From the NCBI GenBank assembly GCA_964387845.1, contig CAYLXA010000001.1, forward strand, positions 288,001 through 352,000: a stretch of DNA of 64,000 nucleotides, written 5' to 3'. The stretch comes from an uncultured bacterium (GTDB taxonomy: Bacteria > Omnitrophota > Omnitrophia > Omnitrophales > Abzuiibacteriaceae). A program made the position numbers and the translations under genes. The stretch's first letter is position 1. The number at the start of each line of letters is the position of its first letter. Shown here in pieces: positions 22,001-31,000 of the stretch. The notes under the pieces are model-generated. The model saw only the letters and a program-made list of their open reading frames with translations, was not told the DNA's origin and did not search any database.

Positions 22001-25000
22001 CACATTCGACACAGTAGCCAAAAGGCCGGGCAGCATGAAAGCAGAACCGCTTCGCGCGTACAAAATAAGCTTGAGGTCGGGATACTCGGAGTAGCGTTTG
22101 AGCCGTTCGATTTCGGCTGCGATTTTTTGACGGAATTCGTCCGACCTGAAAATGTCGGGTTTCGTCACTAACTTGGCGCTCAAGATGACACCCGGCGGTA
22201 CGGGAATCCTCTCGTGCGTCATGCGGATCAAGTTCAGGCCCTTTTTGCTCCAAAGCGAGAGAAGTTCCGGCCGTTCATCCGTTTCATTTTCGCCAAACCG
22301 GTACAAATGTTGCTCGAAATCATCCGGCCTTTCCGCGCCGGCATCCTCACGGATGGCTTCGTCCTGGCCTTGCGAAAGCGCAGAAGCGAGAACAGCATCA
22401 AATTTCATGAGCGCGCGGTCAAATGCCGTCGCGCCGGAATTCCGGATCAGCTCATCAATCACCGCGGCTTCAAGTCTCTCTTTTCCTTCAGGCGGAAAGT
22501 CATAAATTTGATAAGTCTGATCATCCTCTGTTTTGGTTTTGATTTTAAAGAGGCTGGTATGTTCGCGCCATAATTTTGCCAGATCGTGATAACCAACTTC
22601 ATCCAAGCTGTATTGCATGGCCGCGCGCATGGTGTTATTTAGTTGCCGGGTAATTTTGTGGACTTCGGCCTCAAGCGTGTGGACCAAATCGTAGAGCTGC
22701 GACGCCTTAATGCTGCCCGAATCAAGCTCAACCATCAATTGATCAAAATCGACACCACCCAGCCCTGAAGCCTGAATAAACCGGCCGAGCGCAATGAGAT
22801 TGGGCAATTCGCGCCGCAAATCGTCTACAGAATTTATTTTTTCAATCTTTTCCTGGACGTGAGCAATCTTTTCCGAAGCTAAAATCGATAATTTCTCGCT
22901 CATTTCAACCAACGTGCGTAAATCATATAGATAATCACCTTCTTCATGCATATCGTTCCACTCCTGGTCTATATCATCCGCATCCTCATCGGCCGAATCT
23001 TCGCCGTCCCGCCCAATGCTCTTCTCTGCCTGTCCCAATACTTTTTTCTGATTTTCCTCTCCGGAAAGCAAAAACTCTTTAAGATCATTTTGCACTTTCA
23101 CGATGGCGGAGAAAATGGCCGCATGATCATCAGAATCGATCAACATAAGCAGCCGATCGTAATCCTCCCGCATAAACCGGGTAATGGCCGTCATTTTCTT
23201 TTTCAAGTACCCACCGTCACGCAGATCTTCAGTTTCTCCTTTTAAGAAAGGAACGATCGTCGCGACGCGAGTTCCGAAATGATCCGCAAAAGCCAAATAA
23301 AGTTGAGTCATTAATTGAACGCGTTCATAGTCAATCTCGGACACATCTTCATCCCGGTTCGCTTCTTCATAAATCGCGACTACTTCACGCTCCGGAATGT
23401 CCAGGATTTCATCCAGAAAAGCCTCCGGATCGCTTTTGCTGATTTTCCCTTTGGCCGCAAGCGCTTTGACAAAACGGTTCAAGAGTTTTGAATAAGTTTG
23501 AAGAGTCGCTGGATTGAAATCTTTTGTCATATCATCCCGCAGCAGAGTCCAGTTGCTTTCCTTTAAAATAGACTCATCAAGCGTCAACCAATAAGCAAGA
23601 ACTCTTCTCGTATTCTCAAAGTCACTTCTATTCAAGTTTCGATGAATACCGTCTCTAAAATGGCTGAACCATCCGCGGCCAAACTCGCCGGGATAAGAGG
23701 CATTATTATCAAGCCGTCTTGAATAGCTGATAATACGGTCCTGCGAATTATCCGTAGAGACGCCGCCCTTGCGTTCGGCTTCGATGACTTTCATTAAATA
23801 AAAATAGGCCGCTCGGGCGTTTGGTTGATGGAGCAAATACAAGGACATCTGCGGATACTCTATGCGCTTTCTGCCTTCGCTTGGAATATCACGCACAAGG
23901 CCTTGGGCTGCCACAAAAGCAGCGGCAAGCGGATCCGCCGGTGAAACGCTCAGCAAGATAGAAATCAGTTCCCTGAAAAATTCGTGGCCTATGGTTCGGA
24001 GGTGCAGCAGAAGGTGAATCAGTTTACCCAAGTCGTCAGGACTTGCTTGGCGGAAAGTTGCTTCTAAATCATGGTGGATATCAGCTTTGATGTAATGCTC
24101 ATTAAAGTAAGCGGCTGCCAACTCAAGAAAAATCCGGTTCTCTTCCGGCGAATTTGTTTTAGAGAGGTAAATCGGAATCAAATGCTCTTTAAAGAAAGCA
24201 TCCGTCATTCTATAGCGGTCGGGCGACATCGCGCTCGACACGTACCACAAGTAGCTCTGTTTCTTATCCAGCGGTAAATCTGCTTTTAAAATAAACTCGC
24301 GAATCAAATTCTGCAGATGCTCTTTAGAATTTTTTTTAAGTAGGTCGATAATCGCCTCTTTCCTCGCCCCGACGGCTTGATTTTGCTCAAACGACAGGTG
24401 CTTGCCGCCTCTTCCAAAACTTAGTTTCATGAGTGTTTGGTAATCGCGCAGCGCTTTTTCGAATTCTTTATAAGACATTGGGTTTGTACGACCGTCCGAC
24501 CTGAGCTCGGAACGTTTTTGGGCAGTAAGTGTTTTTAAATTCGGAAAAAGTGTGCGGAACGGTTCGCCGAAAAAGAGGCGGCGTCGGACAGCCTCTTTGC
24601 GGCGATGAATAAATGCGGCTTGAGTCGGAAAAATAAGATGCCTCGGCAGAGGAGCGTATTTTAAATAAACAGGAGCTGATGTATTGATACCAACATTTAA
24701 TTCCGGGTCTTGCAAATTCGGCAGCGGAAGCGTGAGCACCGCATCCCGCAGAGGATTTTTACTGCGGTCACCGATTGTGCGAATCAGCATGCTGGCTTGA
24801 ACCTCGCTTACATCCCACGGTGAACGGAATCCCAGCCGAACCCAGTCAGATTCATTACGCGATAAAACTTCCGCGACCAGTTTTTCTATTTTTTCATTCG
24901 AAATTTTTCGGCCCGTTTCAACACCGTTCTGATCCAGTTCGGGAACATCGGTCAGCATCCGGCTTAGATATTCCGTCATGGATTGTTTTCCGGTGCGGCG

Positions 25001-28000
25001 TTTTGTATCGTCCGGCCAAAATCTGGCGCCATACTTCAGTGAGAATATTTTTACGCCCAGATCTGTGGATCTGTAACCAAACTTCCAATCATGAACGTCT
25101 TGATCCAGCATGACCGATAAGGCCCATAGCATCAAATTTCGATACGTGAAACCCGGATAAGACTGCGAGAATTTTCGTGTAGACGGCGGTATATCGGCCA
25201 AACGTTCTTCGGGCCATGCCGATACAACACTAATGAACCGCTTGACATAATCGGCCAGCAGCTCGTTGTCCGAGGGTTTCTTGATTTCTTTCCCGTCAAA
25301 TTCCTCAATATGAAGACCGGTCGGACGCAGATGTATGACTTGCGTCAAGCCCAATGTCCAGTAAGCGTAAAATAAATCCTCTAAACCACCCGCAAGCAGA
25401 TGATCCAGACGGCCTGCAAATTTTTCAAATTCGTCCAGGTCTTTGAAATAGGGATCGATTAACGTTGCCAAAAATTGGTTGAGGTTGCCGAATTTCTTGT
25501 CAAGGCCCCGGTTTTCCCATTCCCGGCGCAATTCGACGCCGAGCTCGCGTAATTCCCTATTCGAAAATCCTTCGGGCAATACCTTGCTCCAATAAATGCG
25601 CCTGTCCTCTGAGCCGCTTCTGGGCCAAAACCGATTGGAGTCGTGCGGGCTCAATAGAAACGTCAGAGCTTCAAGGATATCGCCTTCCGTCAGACTGTCA
25701 TAAATCTTATTCGGAGAGCCCGCTTGATCCATCAAATCGCGAATCACATCCATAACTTGATCGACTTTTGAACGTTGGGTGACCGCGGCAGTTTGCCTAA
25801 GTTCCGAACGGTTTTTCAGAATTTGCCGCCGTTCTTCGAGCGTAAAAAATTGTTTTTCGTAAGCTCTTTTTGCGGCTTCCCGGATTTTTCTATTAAACCG
25901 GTCTAAATCAGTTATTTCCTTCTTTAAAAAATCAAGCCACTGTTTTGGTTCAATGGTCATTTCCCCGAAAAATTCGTCGCTCAAAAGCATCAACAGCTGC
26001 ACAAATGCGACTTTGTACAAAGGATCTTCCTGATCCAAGGCAGCCCGCATCGCATCTGATACCGGAAGTACCGGATTCAGATAAGGGAACAGGATTTGAG
26101 CCGGATAGGACGACCGGATTAATTCATTCAATTTAGCTTCTACTTCAAAGTAAGCATGGGCCAACAACCCCTGCTGATCGCCTTCATACCCGCCCAGCGC
26201 ATGAGCCAGCAAACTTCCGGGACGCAGGATAGCTTTCATCACATTAATCCAATAGAGCGATGTTGAGTAATCGTTTTCTCCCTTATAAAATTCGTTTGCA
26301 AACACATAGGCATCGGAATGGCTAAGTTCCTCCTCTAAAACTCCGCTCCGGTATAATTGTGCGACATACCCATAATCGCCCAAACTATAAAAATGCATTT
26401 GAATCCAATCTCGTAAGTAAGCGACGGGTGATTGATCAAAATTGGGAAATTGATACTGGCCCGTTTCATATAACTTTTTCAAATTTTGGTAATAATCAAA
26501 ATTTTCTATCGAAGGAACGTCGGTGCCTTCAATAATGACAATATGCCTGTCTTTCGCAAATGCACTTAGGTAACTGTCGCTCTTTCCGTCTCTCGATTTG
26601 AGGCGAACGGTGTAAACCGGAACAAACCGGCCTGCCGCAGAGCGCTGAGATTCCCTTTTGATAATTTTACCGACCAAGAGTCCGCTGCCGTTCACTATGT
26701 CCACGATCAGGCCACGTGGAATTAAAATATCGTCCGCGATTTTTGTTCCTATTTTTCCGATATCATAAATAGAAATCAAATCTTTGTGGCCAAATGAAAA
26801 AGCGGCATCAAAATCCGGTGAAAGAGGCCTGAGAACCTGGTTGAATGTTTCAACGGCCTCAAGACGGTTTAAGTCATTTAGACTGGCTTTTTCGACTAGG
26901 TACTTTAGCTTCGGCCAATAGCTCACCCAAAACCATTCCACAACATCAAAGCTGGGGCTATCCGGATTTAGGAGCCTAAACTCTCTGATTAAGTTGAGAA
27001 TTTGATTCGCCTGGCTGGTGTTGAGCGTGATCTTTCCGCGCAAAGCTTTGATAATGCCTTGCGCATTTAAATTTTGAGTTTCCAAAAATTCTTTCAGAAC
27101 ATCTACGGTAAAAAAGCGTTTAATATTTTTTACGCTTAATTTCGAAATGATGAGAGCATGCAGCGTTTGAACCGGATCCGTATTTACTGCTTGTGCCGTC
27201 TGATTGCGCAATTCAGAGCGGAGTAGCTCAGACTGCGGGGCAGCGGTTTGACCTTGCAACGGGATTTCCCAGAAATTGCGGGCGTTGCGGGCAGAATCGA
27301 AGAATGCTCTGGCTTTCGCACGGTTGCCTTTGGTTAACTCGAATAATCCAAAAATAATTGCGTAAGCTCTTTCCGTAAAGCTACGCGACTTTTTTAGCAC
27401 AAAGTCACGGGCCAGCCACCGGTAACGGAATGCGTCAAAATGATACTGAAAACCGGCTTCCGGATCGTGAATCTTTTTAATTGTATTGCGCGAGGCTCCC
27501 TGAGAGTAGTGCTGATCTAAATAATCGCGGCCGTAGTTGGTAATCCCTGCATAGATCTTCTTAAAGCCCGAACGCCGCGCGACATCTTGAAGAATCTGAA
27601 TCGCTTCCGGCATCAGTTCATCGAAATATTTTGCACCGTCATTGTTAAACTCGAAACTGTTGACCGTTAGTACCGGATCTCCATTGTCTTCCGATGCAAT
27701 CATCCACATCTGTGCCCGATGCTGATAGGCATCGCCTGAACCCTTGTGATCGATGTCCGCCAGGATAATTCCGTCGTCACTCAGGAGAGAGGGCAAAATC
27801 CAGGAGACAAAATGCTGCAGAGAAATACAATTTCCGATGGCTTCACTTGAAGTGAGAAAATCTATCGCGCCTTTCAGGGTCTTTTTGTCGTGAATTCTTA
27901 TTCGAATTCCCTTTTCTTTATTTTCGTAAACCCTGCCCTTCTCAAATTCAGAAACATTGATGCCGATTGCCTGCATTTTTTTCTCAATGGCTGAAACATG

Positions 28001-31000
28001 GCCTGTTTTGCGAAGTCTTTCTGACAAATAATCACGCAATCTTTTGTAATACAAAATTCCGGGCGCAATATTGAGCCGCGTGCTGATCAAAAAAGTTCCT
28101 GGCGCGATAATTCCCATCAAAATAAAAAACAAGGCAGCATTTGAAATGAGAGGATAAATGGTAAAAACGCCGAACCCGACCAGAAACGCGAAAGCGGTCG
28201 GCGCCACCCAAGCATAAATGGGCCTTGGCGGCTTTCTAAGGCCTTTCAAAATGCGTGGATTCATCGTGACAATGTCGAGAGCATCTGCAATGCTGATCCC
28301 GAGTGCGCGCCGCACTTTGGCAATTTCGGAAATTTTCATGCGGCTCAGGCGCGTGGCTTTCATAAATTTCTGAACCGCCATGAGTTTGTCAAAAGCGTCT
28401 TTTTTAAGACTGTCCCGCACCGCTTTGTCTTCGGAAAGCCTGCGCATAGCTTCTTGATTTGAGGCTGACCAGACTACGGCAATAACTTCTTCCGTTTTTT
28501 TCCGCTGGTCAGGCGAAAGTTTATCCAAAAACTTAAGCACATTGACGAGATCGCCGTCTTTAACGGACACGTTGTACAGAATTTCTTCAAAAAAGTACCG
28601 CAAATTCCGGTTTGGACTTGGAAAATATTCGAGCAACTTTTCAAGTTTCGCGATTGCGCGCGGAGGATAGCTCATTTTCTGCGCAACGGGATTTTCATTA
28701 ATTTCAGCGAGAATGGTTTCGATAAATTTTGGATATGCGCGGAGCTCGGATCGCTGCTCATCGGTTTTTTTTGCGATTGCCCTCCTTTCAGACTTATGCT
28801 GAAACCACCACATTCCTCCAAAAAGAAGCAGAAGCGGCGGGATCAAGGAAGCATTGTCCGTAAGCCAGGCAACGGGCCCGGTCACAACAAGAACAAGCGA
28901 GGCTGTAATTGCCTTAAGAAAATATTGTTTCCGGAACTTAAACCACCACGTTTTATACTGAGTCGGAAAAATCTTAACGCGGTTCGATGGTTGAATTAAA
29001 TCCGTTACATAACCAATCACTTCACCTTTTGGGAAAGCATACTCCAAAGGCTCGACCGGATACCCATAAACGTCTAAATATTGTTTTTGGGAAGGATCGG
29101 CATATTCGATCGATACAAGCTCGGGCTGTTTGCCGGATTTCTTAACATAATCGACAAGCCTCTTAGGCCCTTGATTGAGCGGATAAGCAAAATAAAGAAC
29201 TGATTTAAATCCGCATGCCCGGGCATAGTTCTCGATGATTTTTTGAATTCCCTTCGCCTTTGCATCAAAAATTCGCCCCTCCACACCGTCCACAAATAAA
29301 ATCGGCTGTTCTTTTCCGTCTTGATCCTTATAAATCGCGGCGGCGATTCTGGCCCGTACCCGGCGGCCTTCGCGCGTACGGAAATCAATCGCTGAAATAC
29401 TTTTGTTGTGCAAATAATTAAACGGGCCCAGCGCACCTTTTGTTCTCCGGTTTAATTTGTCAAGCCACGTGTTGCCGCGAAGCGACGCCGAAGAAAAGAA
29501 ATCCTTTTGATTGGTTAAATCAAACCACGGATCGCGCCGCCAAATCCGGGCTTCTACAATTGAGTCCGGTAAATTTCCCCAATCGTCAATCTTGGAGATA
29601 CTTTTCTGAAGGTATTGATTGGCCTTCGCGGCATTGGGGTTTACATATTGGCCCAGCTCTTGCAGCAACTTTTTTCCTTCCTCGACAGGCAATTCACCTC
29701 TTTTATTCCTGGCCAATTCTTCTTTGTGCGCATTGAAAAATTGAGTGACCGACTTCTTACCCTCCTTTAAATTGGGCGTGTACTGTCCGGGCTTAAACTG
29801 GCGGTCTTCGGTTGAACCCAAAAAATCCCTGAGTATTTTCTGGATAAACTCGGGGATGGTTTGATTTTCCGCGTCTTCGAATTCCCCTGCCGGTACTTTT
29901 TCAATATTATCCCCGCGAATTTGATAATAGACTTTGTAATCCGGATTATCCCAATTTTCGTTGATGCCGACCGATTTGAGACGCTCCATGGTTTGAATCG
30001 CTGCCTCGGTCTGGTCAAACCATTGCCGGTAACTTCGCCGCTTAAGCATGGAGGCCAGATCCAACGCGGAAATTGTTTTCCACGAAAAAATGAACATTCG
30101 TTTCGCAAATACCGCCAAAATGTAAACCAAGGCTGTGAAACCTGACGCCACAAACAAGCTTTCAATCCATCCTGCGGGATCAGAATTGTTGATCATTTCC
30201 CTAATATTTAAGCTTGCTAAATTTCCATCCATCCAAAAAGAAATAGCGGAATAGAAAATTGTGAGCGCTGCGCGTTGAACCGAAGCATAGAAATATCCAA
30301 TAACGCCAGTGAAGGAAACCGCGAGAAGATGCAGCCACGGGTTCTGAATGAGCGCCGTACGGGCGTGCGCAATCCGTGCGCGTTCTAATTTTTCTTCGTT
30401 AATTTTGTTCAAGTCAATCTTTAAACTTTTAAACTTTTTCCACAAAAATTTCAGCTCCGGGAAACCGTCTTTCTCCATCCGCTCGTCGATTTCGGCAATG
30501 GTGAGATCTGAATTCTCACGCAGTTCACTGGCTGCCTTTGGATTTTTGCTTTTTCCGTTTCCGGAAAAAGCGTTGCGCGTCAGAACACCGATCGTTTTAA
30601 ACACCAGCGCGGTGTTATAAAGTGCCGACCGGTCCCGGATATCGTTTAACTCCAGCTCTATGTCATGCGTGTCCATGCCAAACTTTCCGGTTCCGATACC
30701 CCGCTTTAGAGCGCTTGAGCTGAGAAAACCCGGCTTGGTGTGATGTAAAACACTTTCGATATAATTTTGATCAACTTCCAAAGGTAAGCGCGGCCTTGGC
30801 CCAAACCATTGCATGTCACCGCGGACAATCGACAAGAGCTGCGGAAGCTCATCAAGCCCCGTTCTGCGCAAAAACCATTCGTAAGGCGTAATGCTTTCAT
30901 CTGAAATGTTGAAATCAAGTTTCATGGTTTTAATTTTTCGTATCACAATCGTCTTGCCCTGAAAACCGATTCGCTCTTGAATAAAAAACATGGGGCCGCT

